From Kudoa neothunni (lineage: Eukaryota > Animalia > Cnidaria), in assembly GCA_964304625.1 (NCBI GenBank), contig OZ199838.1:12901843-12965842 (forward strand): a stretch of 64,000 nt of DNA. The letters run 5' to 3'. How positions within the stretch are numbered: the stretch's first letter is position 1; every line of letters starts with the position of its first letter. This document shows positions 1-13,511 of this stretch, one piece after another. The position numbers and the translations under genes are program-made. The notes beneath the pieces were generated by a model, which was not told where the DNA came from, made no database searches, and was given only the letters and a program-made list of their open reading frames with translations.

Positions 1-591
1 CGAAAGACAGCACTTTTCTTTCAAATATAATGTTCCCATACTATGGATGCCTTGTAATTCTAATGCCACTTTACCGAATTTGTTATATCTTACATAGATA
101 AATTAATAATTCATAATGTGATGCGGAAAACTCAGGGTGCACTTCTCGTTCACATAGTGAATTCCTATCTGCCAGGCGGATCACTTATCCATACCCCTGA
201 TCTACTACTGGGGGACACAAAAATTCCAATCGGATCCATAAAGGAGAAAGATATACCAGCTTATTCTTCGGCGCTCCAGAATATTCATTTTCAAATCAGA
301 AAGTTAAAATATTGTAAAAGAGCTCTTGGCTGTTTCGACCACATTGGAAAAATCAAAGAAAAAAATGATATTGTTTTGATTCCAAGACAAAATGCGAATG
401 GAGTAGTTGGCTCCTATTTGGTTATTAATAGCTCCAAATATCAACTAGACGTCAATTTACAACCAATCATTCATAATGCAACAGAAATTTATTATATCAC
501 ATCCGTTGGCCTTCTAGAAAACGTTGCCAATTTAAACCTAACAAAAGTTCCATTTTCACCCTATAGTTCATATATAGTTTTTACTGTTTGA
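1..591 (+). CDS. 3' part of an SLC3 heavy-chain / GH13 (alpha-amylase fold)-like protein; 5' end lies outside the window
   Basis: ORF 118-591 motifs line up by eye with the SLC3A/maltase C-terminal half: LPGGSLIHTPDLLLG (cf. LPGTPxxxYGDEIG), QIRKLKYCKRALG (cf. LRxxExxLxxG), YLVINSS (cf. FLVVLNF), LNLTKVPFSPYSSYIVF (cf. LxLxPxEGxxL). A frame break or intron lies near 60-97. Confidence 0.5.
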
Positions 592-2277
592 TTTTGATAT
601 CATTTCTAATTTTTTTTTCATATTAACTATAATCTACGTTTATTTTTGAAATTATAAAAATACTCGTTTTCGCTTCCAATTCTGAATATGGAATATTAAC
701 GGATTTAAGTATTAGTGATGTAACTTCCTTATTTATATCATTTATTTCTAAATTATCATTTTAATTAAATAAACAAATGCAAGTTTTATTTAAAGTTTCC
801 TCTGGCGAAGTGGCGCTGAGAGCTCGACTGGTTTTCTCGACAAAGTATCAATTATTCCAATGAAGCTAATTTAAAAATATTTTTAAATAAATTTGATTGA
901 GATCAACAACTATTTTGCAATCAAGCTAGTCAAACGACATCAAAATATAATAGTGTGAATCAACGCAAGGTTTCGAAATCTTTCTATTAGCTGGTTGTGT
1001 TATGGTGCAAAGGATTACGCTATAACGGCCGATATAAATGTTGCGTATAATGGCGATGCAATTATTTTTTTTTCATTGGATTGATTAAAAACAGTTTATG
1101 GTTACAAGTTAATAATAAACGAACTAAAATAATACTTTGTTTTAATCAATAAAACCGAGATTATTAATAGATTCTTAAAAATAAAAGAAATACTATAGAA
1201 ATGTAAATTTAAATTTTCTATAGAAATATGAAAGATTAGGTTTAATTATAAGAATGTTATTTAATTTAATTTTTTTAAATTTAATCTTTGGACAGGATCA
1301 GTGATATTCAAGCTAGGCTTAGTGGTGACTACGCCTAACTCTGGTGGACTAGGAATGTATATCTTGTTAAATTTGAATAAATCGGTTATTTCGCAAACGA
1401 ATTGTTAGAGTGAATTAAATTATGTTGTAAGGAAGTTTTATTTTACGGGAAAAATTTGTTTAGTCTGAGTTTTTCAAAAGATCTCGTAAATGTTAATGAA
1501 ATATTCGTAATATTCGGGCGTATTTGCTTATTGTGCGATTTAAATCTTAAAAAATGTTATATTTCCAAATGAACTATTTTTTAATCAATAGGAGAAATTT
1601 AGAGGTCGATTTTATTACATAATGTTTAGGCATTAACGGTTGTTTTTTATTGAATCCCTCTTATCACATTGCACATCACGAAAAAAGATGAGATAGGTAG
1701 ACCGATTAATTTGGTTGAATCAATTATAGAACAAAATAAGATGGAATATATCTTTAAATGTATCATTTTAAAGGTTAAATTAGGCTATATTAGATCACTG
1801 ATATTCAACTTAGAACGAACTTAAAATGCATAGAGCGTAATTCGATAAACAGTCATTTTACAAGAATTAATTAGAAAATTTTAAAAATGAATTGTAAATG
1901 TAATTGAAAAAGTTAAATATTTAATTGTTAAATAAGAAACGTCCAACAGCGCTGGAAAAACCTGATTAAACCCTCTCTATAAAGAAAGTAATATCTTGTT
2001 AACCAAAACTGTAAAGGACAAAAAAAACTACTACATACATCTTTTAAATGAAATAGTCAAAATATTGTTTAAACACTTTAACTAGAAAAAAATTACGCAA
2101 AAAAATAAAGATCTAAATCAAATTGAAAAAAATCCATTTATAACCCGGCAAGACATAATATTCCCCTAACCTTTGTCAAAATATTTTATTTCGTACTTTA
2201 AGACGAGTAATAAAGTTGGAAATATTTTTTATTTTTATCCCGCTATTAATTAATAAAATAGCAGATATTAACTTAAT

Positions 2278-2889
2278 CTATGACGTCTCTAAAGAATAAT
2301 GGACTTTGATGGAATAACGTATCGGAAATTGTTCCTCTCGAACTTCCATGATATTTGGTCCAAATTCTAATTTTTGTAAGTCAGTTAAATAAGACGCGCC
2401 GAATATATGCTTAGGTAATTATTCTGCGTAGACACTCATTAGAAGTGAAAACTCTAGGTGAATCTGTGGGTTGGCTATAAATATTCGTGTGATTTGTGAA
2501 TTATGGAGACAAATCGTTTGGAATCATCACATTTTCTCCTGTTTCCAAATGTCCAGGAGAAGCTTAATTTGCTTGTTAAAATCTGCAGTCAGGGGCAATG
2601 TTTGCTTTGAAATCATTGATATTAGAACAATAACAAGGATAGACTTTCTGGTGAAAATTATATTCGAATATTAACTCCCATAGTAACATCCCAAATCAAT
2701 AAACTTGTTTTATAAAATTAAAACAATGTGATTACTTTAATTGTTACGCTTCATTGGGTATTTTTTGATTTTTTCTTAATGCATTACAGTGAATAAACTT
2801 ATGCACGTCATAATATTAATAGTTACAAAAACAAATTTTTATACACATGTGTTACCATTAATTGGTAAAAGTTATGTATCGAGTTTCAT
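2278..2889 (-). pseudogene. Decayed N-terminal half of an SLC3/GH13-like type II membrane protein
   Basis: Minus strand reads, across stops and frameshifts: hydrophobic KFVFVTINIMTCISLFTVM, a short GT-AG intron near 2704-2735, FIDLGCYYGVN, then INDFKANIAPDCRF..KQIKLLLDIWKQEK..NVMIPNDLSP, which resembles the GH13 motif DFxxIDPxFGxxxDFxxLxxxxxxxxxxVIxDxxP. Confidence 0.35.
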
Positions 2890-3150
2890 ATTTTTCAACA
2901 GTTGTTGCTTTTTTGAGTTGGAGGTTGGGCGACAGCAAGAAAATTATGATTAACTAATTTACTCTGAACGTCATCTAAAAATAAACCTAATAAATTTTTC
3001 TATGTACAGAAATAATTTCACACTTTCAAAATTTAAATTACATAATATGACTTTTCATCGTACTAAAATAATTTAAAAATAGCGTTTTGGCTCCTTATAT
3101 TCAATAATAATCTACAATATATTCGTTAAAAATAACAATCCCTCGAGTTT

Positions 3151-3232
3151 GACGAGGTGGCCGAGTGGTTAAGGCGATGGTCTGCTAAACCATTGGGCTC
3201 TGCCCGCGCGAGTTCGAATCTCGTCCTCGTCG
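3151..3232 (+). tRNA. tRNA-Ser (anticodon GCT)
   Basis: 82-nt cloverleaf: acceptor GACGAGG/CCTCGTC plus G discriminator, A-box TGGCCGAGTGG, anticodon stem ATGGT/ACCAT with loop CT-GCT-AA (GCT at 3184-3186), long variable arm GGGCTCTGCCC, T-loop GTTCGAATC. Confidence 0.97.
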
Positions 3233-4141
3233 ATGGAATTCTCATTTTGCTTTGTAATATGCTTATATTATAATATATTGAGTTTATTTACGTTTCCCGC
3301 TTTATTCTTTCTTGAGATATTGTTGAATTTCTAAAGTTACGTTATCTTCATTTTTCCATTCATGAAGAAATGTGGAGTAATTTTCAGAAAAAAATATTAT
3401 AAACTATTGTTTCTTATGATGAATTATATTGATGGTAGATATTTTTCATTGTTTTATTTGTTTAACGAAATGTATACAGTTATCTTTAACTTTCGAATTT
3501 TCTGTACTTTATACAAGCTAAAATATTTTTATCTGGGATTCTCCTGGTTTTATTAATTTGTTTATTCATGATTATTTTGTATTGAATTTCTCTGCCCGAA
3601 ATTGAATGCTGATTCTTTATTGTTTAATGTATTTTTTTAGAAGTACAACATGAGGGACGAGCAATGAGCCAATCTACTAAGTAATTGTTGCCATCTAATT
3701 TGAAAGCTCTTTTTCAAATTATGTCAACACTCTTTCATCTAAACCTAATAACCCTTTCAACCCGATTGAGGTCATGTAACATCATTTATTTGTAATTTTT
3801 TGGGACAATTCACCTCATTTACAGCCAACATAACTTATTGCACATTTATTGTATTCCATTACTTTATCATTTTAAGGAGACCAATTCTTTCTAATAATTT
3901 TAAGTTAAAAATCATATATTTTATGTTATTGTTTATGAAAGACTGCACAAATATTAGAAAATGGATATTGTGCATTTTATTTTTATGACGCATGAAAATT
4001 AAATATCCACCAGGAGATTTCCTGTGGATATCGCGCACTAATTTGAACGGCTATTAAATTTTGCATTATCTTTAAATTTAAGTCCATTATTATTTTTAGG
4101 AGATTTTTATTTTTATAAAATCGGACAATAATCCGTTAGTA

Positions 4142-4237
4142 CCGGTTTTTGCATCCAAAACCGGAATATCTTAACGTGTGTTTATTAGCAATTTTTCCTA
4201 TTTATTTAAAAGCGCTAGCAAAATAAAGAGGAGTTTA

Positions 4238-4269
<32 letters not shown>

Positions 4270-5566
4270 AGTACTAAATGTAAATAGTTGCAAATTCACG
4301 CTAAGAAAGAGGCACGCGTTAACTCAAAATACGATAACTAGCAGAATATAATATATAATCCCTCAAAGTGAGCGGTAAATTAATTATGTTTATTGCTTAA
4401 TCTCTAGGGATATAACACTAAATATGTATATTATTTTAATCTAATTACGGTTGATATCCATTAACGAAAAACATGGTCCAAAGAATGTTTCTGCATATTG
4501 AAAACAACCTTTTAGATTATTCTCAGTTATCATGTTGGAGGCATTTCTCATCCGATTTAGGAGATCTTCCCTTCTTCGAATAGGAGTATTTCTCCGAAAA
4601 TTTGCCTTTATTTTAGCAAATACCTCTTCACGGTAGTTAAGAAAGGGAGAATACCTTGGCAGGAAATAGATTGAATAGGGAAAGGTATCGTAAAAATCCT
4701 GGATAGAGTGGTGAAATCGAACATTACCCATGACAATAATGTAATTTTAGTCATCTCCGATGGTATCTAGAAGGCTTGACAACAAATTTTTGAATATGTT
4801 CCCATCAACGCTGCCAAGGACGGCTTCATGGTTAATAACATTGATTGTGTTCACCGCGAGTATCATTGTCACATTTGAACCTCAATTGTTCGAAACTACG
4901 ATGTTTGGAATTTCATCTCGCAAAGCGCGGCCACATTTCCTCATCATGTAGAGGGAGGAAGTGCTCCAATCCACGAAAATTATGTTTTTGCATCGCATAT
5001 CGATAGGAATTCCGGTGTACCACCCGATGTAAAATTTCCTTTCCTCTTTTACAGGGGGGGGGGATATTCCTACTAATTGGGATAGGTCTAACAACTTTAT
5101 ACGTGTAGTTTAATTTTTTGGGTCTCCCACACACAGTGGACGGGTGAACTGCGATATCTAATTTTTCAGCTAAACTCTGAATTGTTAGAGTACAATCGTC
5201 TTCAAGTAGTTTTTTAAGGTATCCTTCAGTTCTCGTGTTAAGACAACATTTCTCATCTCTTCACGTACAGTCTTATTGGTTGAATCAGTCACTCTATATT
5301 TTTTACCAAACCACTCATTGTCGATTTAGGAATCCCTAGATCCTCCGAAACGCCTTTCTGGCATTTCCCTTTGTTCACAACAAGATAGCAAGCAAGAGCT
5401 CTTTTATCTTTGGGATGATGTATTTTTCGAGACATCATGAATGCCGCTTGTTTTTGATCTAGTTTAAATTTCAAAGCATCTGGTTTCGATTGCGATAAAT
5501 CTTGTTTCAGTTACAATGAATCAGGTTTTGATTGCAACAAGTCCAGGTTTGGATGCAAAAAACCGG
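4142..5566 (-). mobile_element. Tc1/IS630-like (DDE_3) transposon, transposase disrupted
   Basis: Inverted repeats TA-CCGGTTTTTGCATCCAAA (4140-4159) and GGTTTGGATGCAAAAAACCGG-TA (5546-5568). Minus-strand fragments: HTH (QKGVSEDLGIPKSTMSGLVK), GRPKKL, IIFVDWS, VMGNVRFHHS, FLPRYSPFLNYREEVFAKIK. True ends are uncertain. Confidence 0.75.
4242..4269. repeat. (TA)14 microsatellite
   Basis: Direct reading of the sequence. Confidence 0.95.
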
Positions 5567-5852
5567 TAACAACATTTTTCCCTTTCATCACTTTATAAAT
5601 GATTCAATATTAATTGGCTATAAAACAACAATTAAACTATTAGCATATTCAAAATAACAAATATTTCGTAGGATTCTAAAATTCCCATACACAAAAACAT
5701 ATAACCTTGGCTTCGCCAGATGGTGTTTTTTATCTCTGAGTGGGTTCGTTTAATGTGAAAGAAAGATACTGGTATTCCAAATAAATTCGGAAACTATCAT
5801 AATAACCTATGAAAAAGAAAACGTTCACTATTATAAAAGTTTAGGTTTAAAC

Positions 5853-7949
5853 CAGCGCTGCCAACCCAAATCGGACAAAATCTGACGAATGGAACAATTT
5901 ATCAAAAAACACAACAAAAATTTAAATTTACATATTAATATTACGTAACTTTACCATTGTTTCATTGACGTCAAAATTATGGCAACAGTGAGTTGATGCA
6001 TTGAAAAATTCTCTTATTCGAACCAGACTATCCAATGTCGAACACAACATTTTATTTCTCCAGATAGTCTTGAAAGCTCCAGTAGATGAAAATATTCTCT
6101 CTGTGGAAGCATTACTTAGGGAGAGTAAAATAAGTGAAATGCAATATTTCCCAATTGAATTAAAGTCATTATGTTTAGAAACCTTACTCCAAAATTCGAG
6201 TAAACTCATCTTTGTGACGTCATCACACCCTAAAAATTGATCCCAATTTATTTCGTTAATTAGACCATATTCTTGCTCAGCGAATTCGTTCTTAAGTAAA
6301 TTATTTGGTAACGTATGAAATTGAGGTTTGATGTTTGGATTTAATACGTAGGTTGGTTTTTAAAAAGTAACTTTTTTATTTTCTCGTATGAATTAAGAGC
6401 AACATCGCTTAATTCACTTAATATTTTTTCAAGACATCTCTTAGCAAGGATTTTAGTTTTCAATTCTGGAATTTATTCCATGAATTCAAAGCCATATTCG
6501 ATTTCATTTAAGTGTTTTGGCAGTTTCAAGGATTGTAAAATCTAGAATTAAAAGATTTCACCAAAAATTAACTTGTTCGATTTCAATCTGTGGATCAATA
6601 AATTCCATTTGAAAGAGCTTGTTTTTTCCTCCAGAAGTTTTATAATGGGAGACAAAAATGAACAGCTTCTTATACTCAGTATTTTTTAGAAGGTCAAGGT
6701 TAACTCGTGCTTTGTATTTTTGGTCACCTTTAAGTTCAGGTAAGATACTTGTAAAATATTGAACAAGAATATCCCCATTATTGATCAGACGCTCAATTAT
6801 TTCACTTCTACAGAGCCATCTTGTTTGAGTGTCCATTTTAAAGGGAGGATTCATGCCGTCAAAGTCATCTGAAACGGTGGACTCAACAAAGTTTCAAATA
6901 TTTCATTTCCCTCTTATTGTTCTTTTAGAACCACTTTGGCATATTTTCCAAAATACCATACATGTTTGGTGGAAATTCAGAAAACGACTTTTCAGCAACA
7001 TTGTCGAGCGAATGGTATTAGACAAGTAAATCGAGTTACATTCGGGTTTTTATTAAGTATTCGAGTCCAAAGATTATTATTTATCCCGGCCATAACAGCA
7101 ACTCCATCAGATCCATATCCAATTAAATTCCTGTAGTTTAGTCTAAATGATGAAATCGAGCTATTAAGGCTGGTAAAAAGAGTTTCAGCGTCTGCTTTTT
7201 AAATTTCATTAATTTCAAGCAATCGCGTTACAGTTGTTTTATCAACAATAGAATAGAATAAAATGACTATGCCCAAGTGAGGTTTTATATTTATGTCCGA
7301 CCATTCATCAATTAAAATTGAAAATGGTCGATCCTCTAAGTCATATTTCAATTTCATTATATTGATTTTGATATTACCTTAAATAAAAATAAAATAAGTA
7401 CAAATTAGTTCATATACATTATTGATAACCGAACATTTGGTGCGATGAACATTAAAGTCCTTTTCAAGATTTGATCAATCTGTATTTGTACACATAACTT
7501 GCTTCATAATAATTCCTAAATGGTCCGCTGCTACACTAGGAGTATGAATGGCAATTGATGCCGAAAATCGTATTTCTGATATTTTTGTATCAACGGATGT
7601 TTTTGATATGAAAACATATTTGTTTTCATATATTTTTGGTAAATTCATTCTAGATTTAATATCGATATGTCTCTTAAAATCTAAAACAGAAATATTGTAA
7701 TTATTGTTGTTGTTATTAATATTTATAACTTTCATGATGTTCAACTGTTGATATTTTAAGCTGAAATGAGGTATTACGTCAACTACAAAAACATTTATTT
7801 GAAGATTTCTCGTACTTTAGCCAAGATTTATTAGATTTTATTTTTCTTGAAATGCATGAGAAATACCTGGTTTTATCACAGTGTGTTTTGATGCGCCAGC
7901 CATTTAAAATTAAACATGTCAATAAAATGGGGCATTGTTGGCAACGCTG
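5853..7949 (-). mobile_element. hAT transposon (TIR CAGCGYTGCCAAC), decayed transposase
   Basis: TIRs CAGCGCTGCCAAC (5853) and GTTGGCAACGCTG (ends 7949). 8-bp TSD GTTTAAAC / GTTAAAAC. Transposase remnants: QTRWLCRSEIIERL, and the C-terminal dimerisation domain LEFWSKV...LSLSNASTERIFS...RNKM. Confidence 0.9.
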
Positions 7950-8999
7950 GTTAAAACTTACTCTCGTTTATTGCGGAAATTAAAAAATAAACATACGGAA
8001 TAATTTTTTCCATCAAAATAGTAATTTATCTATGGAAAACTCCGAATATTTTAAAAACTAATTAAGAAAGTATTTTTTCTATATTTAATGCGACTATTAC
8101 AACTAGACATTGCTTACACCGTAGGTCAGGGCTTCTTAACAGATTTTTAAATAAAACTTCGGCCTGGCGAAAATTCAAAATTATCCCTTTAAATTGGAAT
8201 CTACTTCATATCTACTCTAAAGGTGTACATTTATTTGGGTATTCTAGGTTAAATCTTTAAAATAAAAACGTGGTGTAACAGAAAAAGACTCATTCTAATA
8301 TTATTAATAGTTACATATTTTTTCCTGAAAAAGTTTAAACATTCCTGTCAATATCTAAATTGAGTTTAATAGCCCTGAATAATAATAATAATTCCTTAGA
8401 AATCTTTAAGCACGCAAAAACCGCATTACGCGACTATTACGCGTATCCAACTTTAATGCCTCTCAAATTACCTTCTGTCATCTAAAATTTACCCCTGATC
8501 TAAATGTTAAAATGTCATCTTTTGGAGGATTTCCAAAAAAAAAAACTAACTTTTTGGCTTTGATATATATATATATGGATTTTTATTTTTAAGATTTTAA
8601 TAGTTTGGTGGGCAATAGAACGCCTTTGGTTATTTTAACATCGAATCGGAGAGTACGCATCCATTGAAGAAAATTATCTACTTGGATTTAACCAATAGGG
8701 GGTAAATGCGAAAATTACACCTAGACACTTTAATTAGAGGCCGTAATTTTCTATTAAAATCTATAAACGTCGAAATTTTTAGTTTTTTTACATTTTTCGC
8801 TTAAAATCTAAATAATTCGTCGACTCTCTTTCGTTTTATTATGGAAGAAAAAGAAGCCAAATTGACAATTATATAGTCGAATAAATAGATTTAAATGAGA
8901 AAATTGACCCAACAAGTATATCATAATTTGTTAACATCGATCAACGGGGAATTCCACAGCAGGAATTGTTGAAACTTTCACACCACAGAAATGATAACA

Positions 9000-9130
9000 T
9001 GATAGTTCCTGGATTTTAGAGAATAAAAAAATCAAAGTATTCCATATTGGCTAGGTAAGACCAAGATTTGTTGCGTATACCGCTATCACTTACAGCCTTG
9101 GAAGATGTTTCTCAAAATTATAGCGATTTC
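9000..9130 (+). mobile_element. Fragment of a hAT transposase C-terminal dimerisation domain
   Basis: Reads KSKYSILAR*DQDLLRIPLSLTALE and then RCFS after a 1-nt shift, matching the hAT motif xYPxLxxxAxDxLxIPxSxxxxERxFS. No ends identified. Confidence 0.5.
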
Positions 9131-9570
9131 TGGAAAATTGTAAGGTAAATCTAACGTTTTAACTAATTAGAATGCTTTAAATATTATATTTTAAAGGAAA
9201 ATTTTACAAAAAAATATATTTATGTTTATTTCATTAACATTGAGCTAGATAGTAGAGTTTTATGTTGTACATACGCCAGTTTGAAAATAGGCGTCAAATT
9301 TTTCGAGAGAAAATTATTACATTTGAACAAATAAATCAAGATATTTAATAAAAAGAACAAATGACTAACATAGGTCTAATACGCACAAAAATAAAATCCA
9401 AGGCATTAACATTAACGGATAAAAATAAATAATAAGAATATTAGTGGTAATAGTTATATAATTGAAAATATAAAAATTATGTATTCTATTCAGGAAACAA
9501 AAACTATTCTATATGCGTTGCATGGTTGTCGAAGTTGACTACGAAGTTTGGCCACGACCTCCCCTCAAAA

Positions 9571-12500
9571 TTAATAAGTCCATTCGGAAGAAACCTTAAA
9601 ATAGTAGATTAGCTAATTGTGAAAATCTAACATTAATAAAACCCTCATATTGATGAATTCGTTTGCTTTCATTTCTTTGGCTTGTGAAGAGAGAAGCTCA
9701 TTTTTTCGATTAACAAGCTCAAACAACCAAGTTCTAACATTGAATTCAGCTTGAAGTTCAGAGTTGAGTTGAGTATCGATAGAGTTTTTATAGAATTCTC
9801 TTTGTTTGTTTTCCTAGTGTTGATTTGATTAGATTACAATTTCTCCCTCATAAATTTATTATCACCATCAAAAAGACAATTTCATTTTTCTCGTTATTAA
9901 ATTGTTGTTTGATCCTATCGACTTCATTTTGTTGCTCTTGTTTGAAATCAGCTGTTTGTTTGGTTTGTTGTTTGTATTTCTCATCAAATATCTAAATTTA
10001 GATCGAGCGTAAATTAGTAGGGTTTTCAAGAAAATCCTCCACAAATTTTATAACCAATACATTTTTAAGATATTCTTTTTCGGAGCCGGAGATAGTAGTT
10101 AAACCATGCTTGACTTGTTTTCTATAGTTCTTTTTCTCTAATTCTAGGAGTGTTTTCATTTCTGCTTTTTGTATTTTTGGTAATTCTTTGATTTCGAGAA
10201 CTTGTTTTTTTACAGTTTCTTCCATTTTGAATTCTGTACGTTCTTTTAAAAACGCCAATTCCTATTCAAATGAAAATTCAGCAAATATTTTCAATAAATC
10301 ATAACATAAAATTTGTAATACCTTTTTAAATCGTCGTATTACTTGCCAGAATGTTAAAATGGAAAGTTCTTTGTGTTTAGTGTTTTGCAATTCATTCAGC
10401 TCAAGTTTGTGGCGACTTTCAAGCGCCCACAATTCGCTTTCCAAGTCTATTCAAAATTTTCGATGAAATCTTATTCCTTTTCTAACCCCACGAAATCAAC
10501 CGCAGAAGTAGACATACTTTTAGCTTGCTGGTGTTTTTGACTCAGTAGATTGTGTTTGATCTTGGTCAATTCAGATGATTGTTTCTCAATGAACTTGGAG
10601 TAATCATCTTTATATCTTTCTCCAATGGAAGCCACTTTATCTCTCAGTTCCTACCAAGAAACAATTAATATCCCACACAATCAGTTGAAGAAGTGTGACA
10701 ACAAAAATCAATTAAATTAAATTACATGGAAACTAGAATCCATTTTCTTGTATGATTTCTACACACCAAATTATCACACTCAACATATTGCACAAAAAGT
10801 GGGGAAAATAAAAACCTTGAGTTGTTTGACTTCTTTTTCGTGCTCGGATTTGAGTTTTTTGAAATACTTCTTCTGCTCTTCATAAAGTACGCCTTCTTTT
10901 TTGGTGAATTCTTTGTTCTGTGAATTTTCCACACATTCTAATTCGCTCTTCATACGTTCAATTATTTTCTACACAAATAAGCGTATAACGGATTGCATAG
11001 TTTTGATGGGATTGGTACGTATCCAAATAATGTACCTGCTTCTCCGCAAAGTGAGCCTTTTCCATATCGTCAATCTTGGCGTTGAAGAATTCACGTTTCT
11101 TCTCAAGTTCTGTAGCTTCTAACCTTCTCAAACGTTTCATCTCATTCATACATGCCTCTCTAGAGAACGCAAAATTAACGTTATCGAGAATTATTCGGTC
11201 GTTTGTTAGATTTTGTTAGATGAGAAGTATGGGAAACGTGTTGAATTGAATAATCACCTGAATTTAACCTCCTTCTGAAGGATTCCTTTACGATTCTCAT
11301 CCACCACGGTTACTACCGTTTCGGTTCTCACTTGGCCGTCAACGTTGAAGCGGCGTGTCTTTCTAACAGTTTTCAGTTGCTATGGCACAACATTGATTAA
11401 CGATATTTTCACTACCACACAACCGCAGAGAAACATAGAGTAGCGATAGCATATCGACTTAGTTACAGATGATTCTCGAGGTTCAACACAAAAATTAAAT
11501 CAAAAACCAATCAGATTAATCAAATTAATTTGTTCATTATTTGGAATAAAATAAACAAATATATTATGTTATCACTAAAACACGTGAGTTGAGCTATCCA
11601 AAAAAAGAAAATTTTTAAGCTTTAAGCTTCTTAATGACCAAAAACCTAATGTTGGAATTTTATAAGTAATCGGAATGTATGATTTTAAATTTAAAGCCTC
11701 ATGATAATTGAACATGTTTAAACAATGTAATAAGAACGTCGATAAGAATGTACTCTATCCACAACACAAAACAATTACTCTCTTATCATTCTGAGAGAGG
11801 GATTTTTGAAGATTGGTAGAACCTATCCAACCGGAAATCACACAAACGATTACAATCCAACCAATTATAGTTACATTCGTTCAACGACAAATCAGATTTC
11901 ATACTCATTGCTGAACCAGCAAGATTGGACATAGATAACATCGGTTGGTTTGGAATGCTTGATGTTGAATCTCCAAGAGCCTTTGGTGCCTTATCAACTT
12001 TAAAAACGAACGCATGTTAACAAAAAAATGACCACGTTGAAAATTTACCATTCTCGTCGTTTGCTTCTAAATCAATTTCGATCTAAAACAAAATAATATA
12101 CCCCAACAAATAAAGTATAAATCCAACCTCTTCCACTTCACAATCTTTGTACACTCGATAAAGTTCCCTTACATCGGCTCTGGATTTGGCTTCGGCAATT
12201 TGCAAAAATTTATGCTATTAAATATTTTATCAAATAATTTTCAGGAAAAGTTACTTTTAATAGCTCCCCCGTGGATGCACGTCCTTTAGCGTCAAAACTC
12301 AAACACCGACTAGTAAAATCTTTGAATGTGTCCGACCTTAATTTGATGTGGTTAATTTTTAGCATATGAACCCAGGCTAAAATAAAGAAAAACTCAAACC
12401 ATAAATACCATTTCTCAGGATTAGTAAATGTAGGTGGTGGGTTCTTAATAATCACAAACATCACACACATGGGATGTTGATCGTTGTAAGGAGGTTGGGC

Positions 12501-13511
12501 CTCTCCCAATTCTATACATGTAATACCCATACTCCACACATCACACTACGTCGTCAATAATCATGTTACAGTCAATCAACATTCAACTGTTTACCTTCTC
12601 ACAATAAGGGATCTCAGGGTGAGTTTCGGTGATGATAACTTCGGGAGCCATCCAATAAGGTGTACCAATAAATGTGCTTCTTTTTTGGTTGGGTTGAGTA
12701 TTCACACCAGATACACCAAAATCAGCTAAAATTTACAACAATCAACCCAATTAATTACTTAAAGTCAACAAAAATTATACCTAATTTCACCAGACCAACA
12801 TCAGTCAATAACATATTTCCTGCTTTTATATCTCGATGTATGATTCCTCTCTGATGTAGATAATGCAACGCCTGGCAAAAGAATAACTCATTAAACTAAT
12901 ATAACATTTAAAACAAACAACAACAACTTACATGTATCATCTGAAACATAATAGACTGAATAAATGTTTCTGGCAATCCAGATTCAAAATCTTTATTTGA
13001 TCAATCAAATAAACCGATTTTCTCACCCTCCTAATCAATATTACCCATAATAACATCGTCCAATCCTCCTCCGTGACACAACTCCAAAAACATCTAAACA
13101 TAACATTTCTTCAATTAGCTGCAAGTATCAATGATCAAAAACCTACATGAATCTTCTGATCAAAATAATAAGCTTCATACGCTTTCAATATGTATTGAGA
13201 GTCACAAGTGAGCAAGATGTTCACCTCTTGGGCCATATCATCCATATCCATTTCACTATCGATAGCACAAACTTTACAGGCAACGGTCATAGATTTATCT
13301 TTCTTATCGGCCTATTAAAGTTTGGAATTAAACGCGACATAGCAACATAGGCGGGCGATCGTAAAAAATTAAAATATTTCATCGGGGAACTCCACCTACC
13401 AGATAAACCTTTCCAAAACTTCCATCTCCAATCTCTGTGGTGTAGTTCCAAAACATCATTCGGATTGGACTTTAATAAAAATTTGTAATCTTTTTTCTGC
13501 TTCTTTCCCAT
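9571..13511 (-). CDS. STE20-family Ser/Thr kinase of SLK/STK10(LOK) type, multi-exon, with C-terminal coiled-coil (PKK) region
   Basis: Spliced kinase motifs [59 protein letters not shown]-type [15 protein letters not shown] followed by long K/E/Q coiled coils. One extra base in exon 1 (A-run 13450-13453); removing it restores [13 protein letters not shown]. Last exon is approximate. Confidence 0.88.

Noticed and set aside
1297-1813. Direct repeat GATCAGTGATATTCAAGCTAG / GATCACTGATATTCAACTTAG about 500 bp apart
   Set aside because: Only two short copies, with no TSD or internal ORF; cannot be called an LTR, TE or array.
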